Below, piece by piece: positions 39,896-52,380 of a DNA stretch of 64,000 nucleotides. Below the pieces are notes generated by a model, which was not told the DNA's origin, ran no database searches, and was given only the letters and a program-made list of their open reading frames with translations. This DNA comes from Bugula neritina (Eukaryota; Animalia; Bryozoa), in contig OZ037770.1 in assembly GCA_964035545.1 (NCBI GenBank), positions 9,058,973 to 9,122,972 on the forward strand. Direction: 5' to 3'. The position numbers and the translations under genes were made by a program. Position 1 is the first letter of the stretch, and each line of letters opens with the position of its first letter.

Positions 39896-40190
39896 TACTA
39901 CATACCCATGTACTGTATATACTACATACCCGTGTACTGTATATTCTACATACCCATGTACTGTATATTCTACATACCCATGTACTGTATATACTACATA
40001 CCCATGTACTGTATATACTACATATCCATGTACTGTGTATACTACATACCCATGTACTGTATATACTACATACCCATGTACTGTATATACTACATACCCA
40101 TGTACTGTATATACTACATACCTATGTACTGTATATACTACATACCCACATACTGTATATACTACATACCCATATACTGTATACATATAC
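39896..40190. repeat. 24-bp minisatellite (~12 copies)
   Basis: Unit CTACATACCCATGTACTGTATATA. Confidence 0.95.
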
Positions 40191-42149
40191 TAGTTCATTG
40201 AGAATTTACTTCGCTTGTACAATGCTATGAACTTTTAAAATTAATTTGTCGGCATAAAAAATTGTGTTTTAATGGAGGAGTCAAGACATGATAGACAAAA
40301 ATGTATTTCCAACTTATAACTAAAAAGCATAATTTAAAATAAGCTATATGCAAAGGAAACAATAATTTTACATTATATTATGTTTTTATATATGTCATAT
40401 ATATTTAACTAGCCCGGAATTGTACAACTGATAAAAATTATATAATGAGGTTGTAAATGTGGCCAAATATGTTAATAAAATATTAATCCTCTCAATTTCT
40501 GACAGAGCTGAGGATTGTGAAGTTTCTACCCAGTTTGGTAAGAATTTTAAGAGACCTCAAGCTGCTCACTGGTCACATGTCTTGAACTAACTTTGGAGCA
40601 ATAATGATCAAACTCTCTTCCACTATCAGTGATTGCCCTGCCAGAATTCAAATCCATTATATCATGGGTATCAAACTTTTTCAGCGAAAGGACTATACTG
40701 AAATGAAATATTTCGTGGCAAAGGCCACTTTGTAATGTTTAGCGTAAGCTCAGCATGTTAGTGTTTTTTAAATTACTTTACTTAAAGTTCCTTGGAATCA
40801 TTACAAAATGATGTCCCAATAACAACTGCGGGGCAAATGCTTTGCTGCATGTATATAAATAAGAGATTTAAACGTAGTTTTTTCACATCCAAATTAATGT
40901 ATACGTTGTGCAAAATAATTTTATGTTTTATGCCTTCGAGGGCCACATACGTGTAGGCTGGGGGCCGTATCCGGCCCTGGAGGCAGTCTGTTACACACCC
41001 CTGCACTAGACCATTTACCTATTAAACCACTGCTGCTCCCAGTTCCTAATTCATGATTTTGTTGCTTATTCTCTTTGTAACTCCAAGGTTCACCACAAGC
41101 TATATATGGTCACATATAAAATTTACAAACATATATTATATTTTTGTAGAAGCCGTGACCTATAGTGACACACCAAGTTTTTTTAACAAAATAAATCTAC
41201 CATTTAATATCTGTAACTTATGGATCTGCTGACATGAGAAAATTAGACTTTCTATATAAATGGTGCCAGTCGAATTTAAGCAAAGCCATGCATTTATATT
41301 TTATTTAGTCAGCAACTTAAATATTTTTATAATATGGGAGACTACCAGTACCTCCCCTTCCCTTATGTATAGATAATTGCGTGAATCCCTGGTTGATGCA
41401 AGCCAGTTCAAAAGTTCAAACATTAGATGCATCTCAATTCTCAAATTGTACGACAGCTGTATAGAATATTTTCATTGCACAATCATTTCTACAATATATT
41501 ATACACCTTATCTTGTTTTCCTACAGTGCCTTATTGCCCGTTACTCAATACATTTTCTATTAATATTGAATCAGTCATAAAAGAATGTAGCATCATGCAT
41601 TCACTAGACCACATTTTAGCTAAATTTATTGCTAGAGTAAAGAAGTTTACAAATAAGAATCCTTATGTAATAAAGGCTAATAGTGCTATAGGCTAACTAG
41701 TAATGAAGGTCTATAAATAAAGGCTTTGGGCTGTTATATGGATATACTTGAGTGTTTTCACTGCTAATTTCCTTCTGATTAGAAAGTTAGTGGTATAATT
41801 GATAGCTGAACTGTATCATATACTATTAAATAGGCTGCAGCACAGCGCATACTTTCAGTGGCCTGCATTTAGCACGAGTTTTTACGTAATCTAATTAAAC
41901 TAATTGGTTTCAATGTGCATTTTATGAGCAGTATAACTACATTCCTGGTCCAGAAACTATAGTATATAGATATAATGTTGTTTAGATTATTTAGATTTGG
42001 TTTATGAAATTTCAAGCATTAAGCAAAGTTGTAATATTTACATATGTGTGCTATTGTTTTAAAATGGTTGCTAGCCAATTGCTGCTATTTTCAGTCACTA
42101 AAGAAAAATAATATAGTTGTTAGTTCATATATCTAATAGTAAAGTTAAA

Positions 42150-42545
42150 TTCTCAAGGACATTCCCAATAGCAAACTAACCAGCGGTAGCCGAAGGCAAC
42201 TTCGGTTGCGCTACAAAGACGTCTGCAAGAGGGATATGAAGGCTATCGGCATAGACACAGCGTCCTGGGAGGATCTTGCATCCGATCACACAAGTTGGAA
42301 GAGCAAACTAAAATACCATCTCACACCGGAAGAAGAAAAACTTCTCAGTGGCAGCTGCTAAAAATAAGGCACGCAGAAGTGCTCAGGCCACCACTAACAG
42401 ACCAGAGTCCACTTACAAGTGTAACCTTAGTGGCAAGGACTGCTGCACACAAATTGGTCTGTACAGCCACAGGCACCGCTACTCAGCCCAATCACAGGGT
42501 GCATTCCAAATGGTCGAATCAACCGACGGAGACCAAGTTCAAATG
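42150..42545 (+). mobile_element. RTE-clade (BovB-like) LINE 3' fragment
   Basis: LRLRYKDVCKRDMKAIGIDTASWEDLASDHTSWK, a frameshift, then YKCNLSGKDCCTQIGLYSHRHR (degenerate C-terminal zinc knuckle) and a short 3' UTR. Confidence 0.85.
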
Positions 42546-44995
42546 TAAAGTGAGAGTCCTGAAAGTTACTGCAAGCTGAGCCTAGCTTATCTTCAATATT
42601 TCTTGCGATATGAAAGGTTTATTGTCATAATTTTTGTTGTAAAGATGACTAATTGGCAGTTATAAAAAAGTCATGAAAAGTTGCTCTAATACTCTGTAGC
42701 TATTTTATAATAGTAAAATTTCATCAAATTTGCTTATTCCAAGTTTTTCTTTTTCTAACTTGCAAGAATGATTTCACTTATTTCATGACCCCCAATTTAA
42801 TGCTTGAGAGAATAGATCAAAATTGTTGAAGCAGACAACTCCTTTATATGCAGCTAATGAAGGAGAGTGTATCAAGTAAGGCTGAGATTTGAAGAAATTG
42901 TAAAGCAAAATATGAAGATAGATAAATATGGATAAAGATAGCTGGCTAATGCAGGCTAAATATGGAGACGACTGGACATGTTTGATTTAACCAAAATGAA
43001 AACACTTTTCTCTAATTGACAGATTGCAATGATCATCAACTTGTTGGTATTTTGTTATAGGTATAATTTTGTGTTAAACATTTAACCTTAAATAAAAAAT
43101 ACAATAATTTGTAAAAGTGCTTGGTGTTCCGTAAAAAAGTAATCAACAATATGTATAGCTTATTTGGGACAGTAATAAATATAGGTAAGAGGTAAACCTA
43201 TGATTTCATGAAACTATACAGGTCTTTCAATATAGGACATTACACAAAACACATGCACATTGTATTTCAACCAATAGTAGATAATTATAGACATAAATAG
43301 AGTGACCACCATTGAATGTTGATAATTTAAAAACAAGTCAGCTTCATGTTTTAGTTGATTTAGCTAATACAGTGAAACTATGCAGGTTGTGCTAGGTACA
43401 ACAATAAAAATTTACTTGAGATTATTTATGTTAATGTTTATATGCTAATGGTGAAAAGTCACACAGCCTCCCACACTCTAATACAGCTCTGTGTTGAAGA
43501 ACTCAGTCTACCAAGTCAACTATGAGAATCATCTAGAAATAACAGACACAGTGTATATGTAGAAGTTGTACATCTCAAACATATCATCACAAATATGTAC
43601 ATTAGTAGAAAACACAGAGTTGAGCACCAGATGTATTCAAACAGAGTCTAGTGAGATAAACACTATAATAAATGTACCACAAGATGGAATAATATTCTGT
43701 CACACACCTGTTTAGTTTAGCTGGTAAAACAGAACTTTCTTCTCATTCCATCTAGGTACAATGAGAGTGTCTTTATACACATGAATATCACACACACTAC
43801 TCTCAGCTCTATCAGTTGGATCTTCTACTTTGAACAGTTGTGTACCTGTAACAGGAAATGATGTATTAGTGTGTCATCACTAGTACATAGCATAGTATAT
43901 TTTATAGTGTGAGACTGTGAGAAATGCTAATATATTGGTAACAGTAGTTAACTAACCAATGTAAAACTAACCTGTCTCCACATCCAGTATCCAGATGGTG
44001 GTTTTACTGCTGTAGTTAGTCACAAGAATATATTTACTTCTATAGCAGGTCACACCTTGTGGTCGAGATACATCCTTGCATGTCCAGATGACTTTCTCTG
44101 TTGTCAAGTCTAATTTAAATACTTGAGAAGAACTAGAGTCAGAAACTACTACACAATGTCTGTCTGCTGCACAGATTGCTGTATAACTATTACTGAATAG
44201 AGGGCAGGAGACATGTTTAATTACCTCCCCAGTAAGAGAGTAGATTGTAAGTCTTTTACTGTGTCTATCAGGAACTACAACCTGATCATCAACAATAACA
44301 AGTTTGTTTATACTCCCACAACTGTCATGGTGAGACCAGCTGGTCACCTGTTTCCCAGTAAGATCATACACATTTACCATCCAATAAGCACCGAAGATAC
44401 GCTGTAGAGCATACAGCTTATTCCTATGTACTGTGACTCCAGTTACTGTGTTAGTAATAGAAGAAAAAGACTTGGAAACACTGAAACTCTCATCTATTCT
44501 GTCTATCCCTGCACCACTCAGCCCTACATAAGTGTTACTCCCATATTTACAGACAGAATAACAGTAATTAGAAACATCAACAGACTGTACGAGTTTGAGA
44601 GATTTAGGAGGATCTAAACTAATGATTATGTCTGCTGCAGGAACCAAGTCTATTTCTACATCTCTCTTCTCTTCTACAATATACATGTGAATATGTGTGT
44701 ATGTGTGTATACTTATATATAAGTGAGTATGTATATATAATATGTATGTCATATAAAAGTGAGTAGGTGTATAAATTCTATTAATAGAAACTCTGAGTAA
44801 ACCTACACACAGGGCTATTTCAACAGATATTCAATTTTTCCAACCAGCAGTTTCACACACATGAAGAGCACTATCAGATAATAATATACTGATCAATATT
44901 GATGTTCATATATTACATTATATAATGCATATACACGATTATTACAAAGTTTTTATTAATATCAGTAATATAATAATGCGGGTATGCACTAGATC

Positions 44996-45778
44996 AGCCA
45001 TGCTTAACCTGCGGCCTTTTGACGGCCTTTTGAGCTGGTAAATGTGGCCTTTTGGTTTTTTAGTAAAAATAAAAATTTAGTTCAGTTTCAATCCTTCCTG
45101 AAGTTTGCTTTTTACTAATTCTCAAGTTTACTATATGAATCATGACTGCTAGCACATATTGATGTAAACATTTATTTTCTTAAATGGGGTCTGCCAAAAG
45201 CAAATTCAGATTAAGGCCAACAGACTCCTATCTGGCCGATATCCTTCACACATCAACATCGGACATTAATCCATACTGTGTTCTGCTCAATGTACAAAAA
45301 ATGCTCACTTTGCTGAACAAATCAAGTTATTCTCCTGGATCTTTTTTTTTCATAAAATGAATATGATTTTATGTAAAAATGGCACCGGTGAAAGAGGCAC
45401 GGTAAAAATGGCACAGCTAATAATGGCACAAAAAGAAAGTAGGTAAAAATGGCAAGCTGATGTTAAATCTTTCCAAACCCCCCACCCAAACCCCCCACCC
45501 AAACCCAGGCGCCTAACCCTCAACCCCACCCCAAACCCTAATATTGAAAATAAAACATTTTTACCTACTTTGTCACTTGCGCCATTATTACCTGTGCCAA
45601 TATTACCTGTGCCACTTTTACCGGACATTAATAAATACACATAAAATTTGAAAATGGGCTTTAATTATTAATATATGGAGGGTTTTGACCGTGAAAATTA
45701 CACTGAACTTTCTAGTGGCCTTTTTGGTAGCTCAGGGTTATTTTACAGCCTTTTCCCAAAAAAGGTTGAGCACTAGAT
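44996..45778. mobile_element. Old hAT-like non-autonomous element with a nested element; shared by both duplicates
   Basis: CAGCCATGCTTAACCTGCGGCC ... AAAAGGTTGAGCAC ends flanked by CTAG-containing sites; counterpart at ~58053-58785. Confidence 0.4.
45372..45623. mobile_element. Non-autonomous element with inverted 15-bp subterminal repeats (GGTAAAAATGGCAC) and a CCTAACCC/CCCAAACCC core
   Basis: Repeated TAAAAATGGCAC at left, GTGCCA.TATTACC at right, C-rich telomere-like core; partly deleted counterpart at ~58437-58630. Confidence 0.6.
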
Positions 45779-45815
45779 TCTAGAACAATAGTGTAAGTAA
45801 TCCACAGTCTAGTTT

Positions 45816-46580
45816 CACGGGCATTTCTCAGATCGATCTCGCTGAGATCGATCTGAGAAATGTGCTCAGATCGATCGTTTTTCCATGAGAGTGTCAGATC
45901 GATCTCGCGAAGTTGCCTCCTCTTAAGTAAAGGATACTTTAAATGCATAATTTGTTCACCTATTTGAGTGTTTAAAGCTACTACTGTTGAAAACAAGATG
46001 GTCGTAGTCTAAAATTTAATCCCAGTTATAAACTATACGCAGCAAAGCTTTTAGTGTATGGTAATTTGGCCAATTTAAAATAATTAATTTTAATTTTTTA
46101 GCCTGACAGCTTATATAAAATTAATGGCTGTCTTGCAGGTTATTAATAAACTTACAGGACTGTTAGGCTTAAAATTACAAAGAAAATAGCTAATGAAACT
46201 AAGTTTCAATAGTCATTTAAATTCGATTTAAATTCTCCCATTTTTTACCTTCTACTACATATAATTGAGTTTTCTTAATCATTGCACTGAAAGTCAAAGT
46301 TTTGGCATCTGAAAAGGTGGCTATCATAATTATTTAATACTTTGCTTAGTAATTATCAATAAGTTATCATTTTTATTAGCAGACAACATTGTAGCGCGCA
46401 GTCTTTTTCTACTTCTCAGATCAATCTGGCGTCTTTCCATGGTCTTATTGACATGAAATCGATCTGAGTTCGAGCTCCACAGACCGACCAGCTCAGATCG
46501 ACGGAGATCGATCTTTGGCGTTTTTCCATGGATCGATCTCGCTAAGATCGATCTGAGATCGGTACATGGAAAGCCGGTGT
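45816..46580. mobile_element. GATCGATC-rich MITE with CAC...GTG termini (CMC/CACTA-like)
   Basis: Absent at the paralogous site (~58815 CTAGTTTATC); 2-3-bp A/T target duplication; second copy inverted at 62555-63308. Confidence 0.88.
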
Positions 46581-46585
46581 TTATC

Positions 46586-46678
46586 TACCTTTGACCTTTA
46601 GAGACATGACATCACACAGCTCTAGTTTAGTATACTAACCTTTGACCTTTAGAGAGATGACATCACACAGCTCTAGTT
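46586..46678. repeat. ~51-bp tandem duplication of the TRIM exon-6 end and donor
   Basis: ACCTTTGACCTTTAGAGA.ATGACATCACACAGCTCTAGTT twice; partly deleted counterpart at ~58826-58910. Confidence 0.8.
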
Positions 46679-47857
46679 CAGGTATCTCAACAGATATCAG
46701 TCTCTGTATTTTATCTTTAATCTCTGCAAATCCTTCAACCAGATCCACCTACAGTATATAAGCATAGCATTAGCCAGTGGGACTAAAAAGACAGTCTTTC
46801 TAGTTACAACTTCCTATTGTTTTTCTGCATTAGTTCACTTAAAGTTACGAATGGTAAAAAAGTGTGGTGTGCCTGGCATGAACATATTGCAGCAAAGTAC
46901 CTATTCAAAAACGCTATGGCTAGTATCCTATTTAGAATTAAAAAAAACTTTGATTTAGGCCGACACAACTTTACAACAATTCTTGTAAATACAATTTTGT
47001 AACACATTGGAGTTTGCAAGCACACAACTATAGAGCTAATACAGATTTATGAATAATCAGGCATCGTGATTGTTAATCTAAGTATTTCATCAGTTTTTTT
47101 TAACTTAAAGGTTCACAAAAACAGAATCTAAATATATTTAGCAAACAGATGGTGAACACTGCTCACCTGGTGGTTTTGTTTAAGTTGAGCTTCTATCTTC
47201 ATTCTACTGTTACTCAGTTGAGACAAAACAGTTCAGACTTCTCTCTCCATGTATCTGTTCAGTTCCTCGTTAGTCTTCTTTCTACTAGCTAAGAATTCCT
47301 TCTCCAGTTTCTCATACTTTAGTCTCACTTCAGTCAACTACATCATACATTGTACCAGCATATTGTAGAAAGTGGACAACACATAAGAGAAAGTGTTTCA
47401 GAGTTGATTGTAAAAGAAAACAACATTGTAAAAAATAGTATTTTAATTCACACGGAATAGTTGCTATTCACCTAGCTGTTACTCTTAAGTATTAGTATTG
47501 CAATGTTTTACTAACACCCGACTACAGAATGTAGATTACAGAGTAACACAAAGTATTTTCTATAAACACACAACCTGTTCATCACGCTGTGTATGAAGAA
47601 TATTCAGCAATTCCTCCGTCTCATTATCAAAGTCTGACACAGTTTTAGAAAGGTGTTTGAAGAAAGTAGACATCTTGTCTTCAGTGGTGAGAAGATCATC
47701 TATATTGATAAGCTCTTTGATTAAGTCATCTAGATTAACCATGTCATGTTTAGAGTCTAAAATAGAAATGAGAATAATATATGCAAATTAGTACACATTT
47801 CATTAACCTGATAGCACTACAGTAATATAACCTTACAGTAGTTAGACAGACAAGTAA

Positions 47858-48199
47858 GCCTAGGGCCACACTGTGCATATTTTCGCATGCGAAAGTTGAA
47901 ACCACAAGTAGCAAAGATGTCCACTGTAGCGTCAGTCATGCGTGATAAATAAAGCTTTCATTTTTAATTCGCACTCGCTTTCAATAAAACGCAATTTACT
48001 GGAATGTAGCACTAAAATAAAGAAAGTGGGCTCGCTGAATAACTAACAGCCAATTAGGTGACGATGACAGACGATTCGCACTTGCGTTGAGAATGCTGAG
48101 CGACAAGTGCGAATGTTTTCTCAACGCGTACAGTGGACACCTTTGCTACTTGTGATTTCAATTTTCGCATGCGAAAATACGCACAGTGTGGCCCTAAGC
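47858..48199. mobile_element. PIF/Harbinger-type MITE, TAA TSD, ~75-bp TIRs
   Basis: TAA-GCCTAGGGCCACACTGTGC.TATTTTCGCATGCGAAA ... TTTCGCATGCGAAAATACGCACAGTGTGGCCCTAAGC-TAA. Confidence 0.8.
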
Positions 48200-51100
48200 T
48201 AACCAGTACTACATAACCAGAAGGTAGTGAGAAGCTGAAATATCACCACATGCTATGACTACTAGATAAACAACATGTCCTGTCACCTCAAAAAGCTTTT
48301 TAAAGTTAGAAAATACACTTAAAATCTATCAACTAGTTAATTTAAGGCAAAACCCTTTTGTAAATTAGTATTAATAAAATCAGACTAAATGCCAAGTTAC
48401 GACAGAAAATTTCACGATAAACTCAAACGAGCAGTTATATTATGTAATTGTAAAGGGGGTCGCGTAAGGGTTATGCAGTCAACATTTAAAACTATACCGA
48501 TTACAGTAAAACGCAATGAGTTACAGCAATGACAAGCTTCAGACAAGCTGTACAGGTTATGGGAAGATAGTACTTAAAGTAATGATAGGACATGTAGCTT
48601 CATAGCACTTCTACTCAAACTCTAGTGTTTATCTATTCTTATCTAATCCTAGATTTACTAAAGAAGCCATAAAAAGTTATGAAACTCACATGAGATATAG
48701 TCGCCACCCCCCCCCCACCCCTGTGTGAACACCAGATGAAAAAGGTCATAGAATTCACATTACTATATAGTCCCCATTATTGTGAGGCAACAAATGAAAA
48801 ATGTAGGTTACTCAAGTGTGAGAGCCCTTATAAACTAGATGCTTAAAGTAGGCGAAGCTTTGTTTTTGATTCCTGACATCATGACCCCTAACCTAATCTG
48901 GAATTCAAACTAATACCAGTGCTCTAACCACTATAGCTGTGCCCACACTGAAGAGGATATATTATTCATTAGATATACTAAGGTTTATCAAATAGTTTTC
49001 AGTGGAACTTTCTTACCTCCAACACACAAGTTGCCTGAAGAGACACACTTCAAACAGAACAGCTGTACACAGATTTTACATCCGTGTATGTAGGGATATG
49101 CTGTGTGTTTAGGACAAACTTTTCTTTCCAGTCTCTTGGCTTGTATTCTGTAGTCAGTGATGGTCATCTTCTGGTGGTCATCACTGGTGTCATCATGTGA
49201 CTGAATATAACATAATACATATTTACTGAGAAATCTAACTCAACTATTCATATAGTGGCAAAAAACAAACTTAAAAATACATGATCCAAACATGTACACC
49301 TATATATAGGTAAGCAACAATTTCCATCAGCACATAGTCTAGAAATAAATGCATAATCTGCATAAAAATAAATAAAGCAGATAATTTAAGTAAAACATGA
49401 TTTCTAAATGTTTTCTTACAAAACAACATTCAAGTATAACAAATATGTAATCAGAGGCTGAGTTAGAGTATGCAGTGTTGAACATCAACTGAAGAAGTAT
49501 TTAATGAAAGTATCACCTCATCATGTTTTCTGCAGAAGAGTTTACGGCACACAGTACAGTATATGACTGCTGGTACTTTTTTCAGTCCCTTTTTAGTGCA
49601 GACGCCACATGATATGAAGTTGTCTGCTACATAAGCAGATGGGAGATTCTCCACTCTCACATCAAACACTTCTCTGTGACGAGACAAATCATTAGTTAGT
49701 AATAATCGAAACAATATATAGCAGAATACAATAAAATAGTATAAGGTATAGCAAATGATGTAAATCATCAACTTCTTGCCAGCAGTACGTCTGCGCTCTG
49801 CTTATATAAAACTAACTTACCTACACCAGGGACACCTGATCATGTCGTTCACATCAACATTACGAGTAAGACATAGTAAACAGTGTACATGACCACATGG
49901 TAGACACTTGGGAGTCTCTAAACCTTCTTTTAGTAAACAGAATCCACACTCAACTTCTTCTGCTGCAGCCATTTCACTCAACTCTATATTATAAAACAGG
50001 AGAACATATTATAAAGTATATTCAGATCTCATGCAGTTCACTGTAATGAGAGCATATAGTAGTTTATGTTTGTGTCTCTTCTCACTCACTACATATGATT
50101 TGCACCTTAATAAAAGTTCTCAGATTGCACTGTAATGTAAGAAGTGCAAATCTCATTATTTAAAACAAACATTAATTGATACAACTAGGCACTTCATACT
50201 AGTAGACAATAACCAAATACTGCTAAGACTAGTAACACTAGTCGGTGCTTACACTTTGAATCAGAATCAGAATCAGAATGACACCCTCACAGTTATCAGA
50301 CTCATTTATGGCATTGGTAGAGATATAGAAAGTTAAACTAACTTGAGTCTTGTTCGAGTTTCTAATCTACCACAAGGAAACCACGTTACACGAAGAATCT
50401 TCAATTTGGATCCTGCTCTTCAGAGAGAAACTGTGAGTCCAAGGACAGCTACAGTTTGAGTTTCATTTTGCAGTCAAAGTCAACTCAAAGTAGAACTTTG
50501 CCCGGAACCGGGAAACGCCTTTTTCGGAAAAGACGTCAAAATGTGCCTACTTTCATCACCAGGGTTGCCCTCTCTTGTTTTCATCAAAATTCTACTAAAG
50601 TTGGAAGTGATACTTGCTCGGGTGACGATTCTAGCTGCACATCACAATGACATGTCGCTATGGTTATAGTGTGACGTTACCAAGCTACACAATATTACGA
50701 AGTCAGTCTTTCATAATAATTATGTCGCAGTCAGCTAGAGGCTGCCCCATTCATGTATCCACAACTCAAAAACAAGTTTTTTAAACTCAAATTACATTTC
50801 AATTACAGTAATCAGCTCATACTTTAGAATAACCATATATAAAGCTATATTGATTGTTTAGTCAACACATTTGTGCTGGTCTATGAAGCATGTATGCTGT
50901 TCTAAAGCCTAAAAATTAAATTCACTCAACATAATACAGCTGAAACTTGTAAGTATGGCTGGAATATATACAGGTAACAGATGTAGGTAACTTATACAGG
51001 TAGCTTATGCAGGTAACTTATGATGCATATTAGTAGCAAGTTTCCACCTGTTCACTAAAATTAATTAAAGTGCAGTCCCAACTGTGTATTATTTCTCAGT

Positions 51101-52380
51101 GAATATCGCAGTTTAATTTCTTGCTATAATAAAATCATTCAATTCTGAAATCAGTTTTTTGTTTTGGATCATCTCATTTATATCCTTGAACCTGGCTGGA
51201 TGTGTTCAAAAGTGTTGCATCACACAGCTCTTAGTCATCCGATGTTAAAGCAATTATTTTCATAATAATTTTTCTAACAGCAAAAAGTAAAAACAGTGCT
51301 AGGCTTGCTTCTCCAATAACGAAACATAAGCAAGAAAATACATGCTTCACCAACATTGGAATAATAGCTTCTTTTTTTATATATTATGAACAGTGCACTG
51401 AACATGAATAAAACTGTATTGCAAATTTGCTGATAGCAAGAAGTCAAGTCAAGGTAAGCCAACTTCTCTAATAACTCAAGTAAGAATCTACAACTCTGCA
51501 TCTATAACAAGCTGCTAAATTGCTAATGTTATACTCTATACATAATAGAAATTCTGTAACCTAGTTTACTGCAATAAGACATGGTGATGTGTTCATATAG
51601 TGAAATATTTAGCCAGTAGCAGCTGTAGTCACTTTAATTTATTCAGTGTTTATGGGATATATTGGAATAATTATTCCCATTGAATATTATTCTAACACAG
51701 CCAATCAAATGATAAGATAATCACACAATATCAAACAGGTTATAGACTATATTATATAAAATATTAGTCTGTCATACAAATGCAGTAAATGGAGACTAGC
51801 ATAAACTACAGAGTAAAATGAATATAACAGATTAGTGAATGGCATCTGATAGTAAACAATAAACATTGTAATATAATAATATTACAGTCTGCAGTAGAAG
51901 TAGAAATTGAATTACCATTATAAACACATTGATAGATCTATGACTTTCAATACAAGTAAGGTTAGATATATAAAAATTGCAGTCTAGCTGATACATTGAA
52001 GTCATTCAGGCTGCATAAAAGAGGCTTAGCAAAAGCGAGAATAAATTGTTACTTGAAGTTAGTTATGTTTAGGTGTATTACTGAGACGTCATATGTTCTC
52101 CCACTGTATAAGTGAGCTACTGGGTCGTCATGCAGCTTTCCACACAGTATCATAGCTTTGGGTTGAAGAACTCAGTCTACCGAGTCAACTTTGAGAACCA
52201 TCTAGAAATAACAGACACAGTGTATATGTAGAAGTTGTACATCTCAGACATATCATTACAAATATGTACATTAGTAGAAAACACAAAGTTGAGCACCAGA
52301 TGTATTCAAACAGAGTCTAGTGTGATAAACAATATAATAAATGTACCACAAGATGGAATAACATTCTGCCACACACCTGT

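Larger units (their letters stand above)
43712..49972 (-). pseudogene. TRIM (RING, 2 B-boxes, coiled coil, NHL-like beta-propeller) copy A, with premature TGA at codon ~260
   Basis: Exons 49972-49821 (RING: CGFC..LPCGHVHCLLC..CPWCR), 49673-49517, 49200-49017, 47756-47575, 47337-47167, 46748-46640, 44673-43972, 43845-43712. In-frame TGA at 47235-47233 (GTC TGA ACT versus GTT GGA ACT in copy B). Confidence 0.75.
43485..50970. repeat. Segmental tandem duplication, copy A (TRIM locus plus upstream region)
   Basis: Colinear high similarity with ~52155-63630 across exons, most introns and upstream DNA, interrupted by copy-specific insertions. Confidence 0.92.

Noticed and set aside
39878-40201. 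Repetitive ORFs (YTVHGYVV)n and (MYCIYYIP)n
   Set aside because: Products of a 24-bp minisatellite that is open on both strands; no coding support.
47233-47235. Selenocysteine recoding of the in-frame TGA
   Set aside because: The paralog has Gly, not Cys, in a coiled coil, and no SECIS was recognised.
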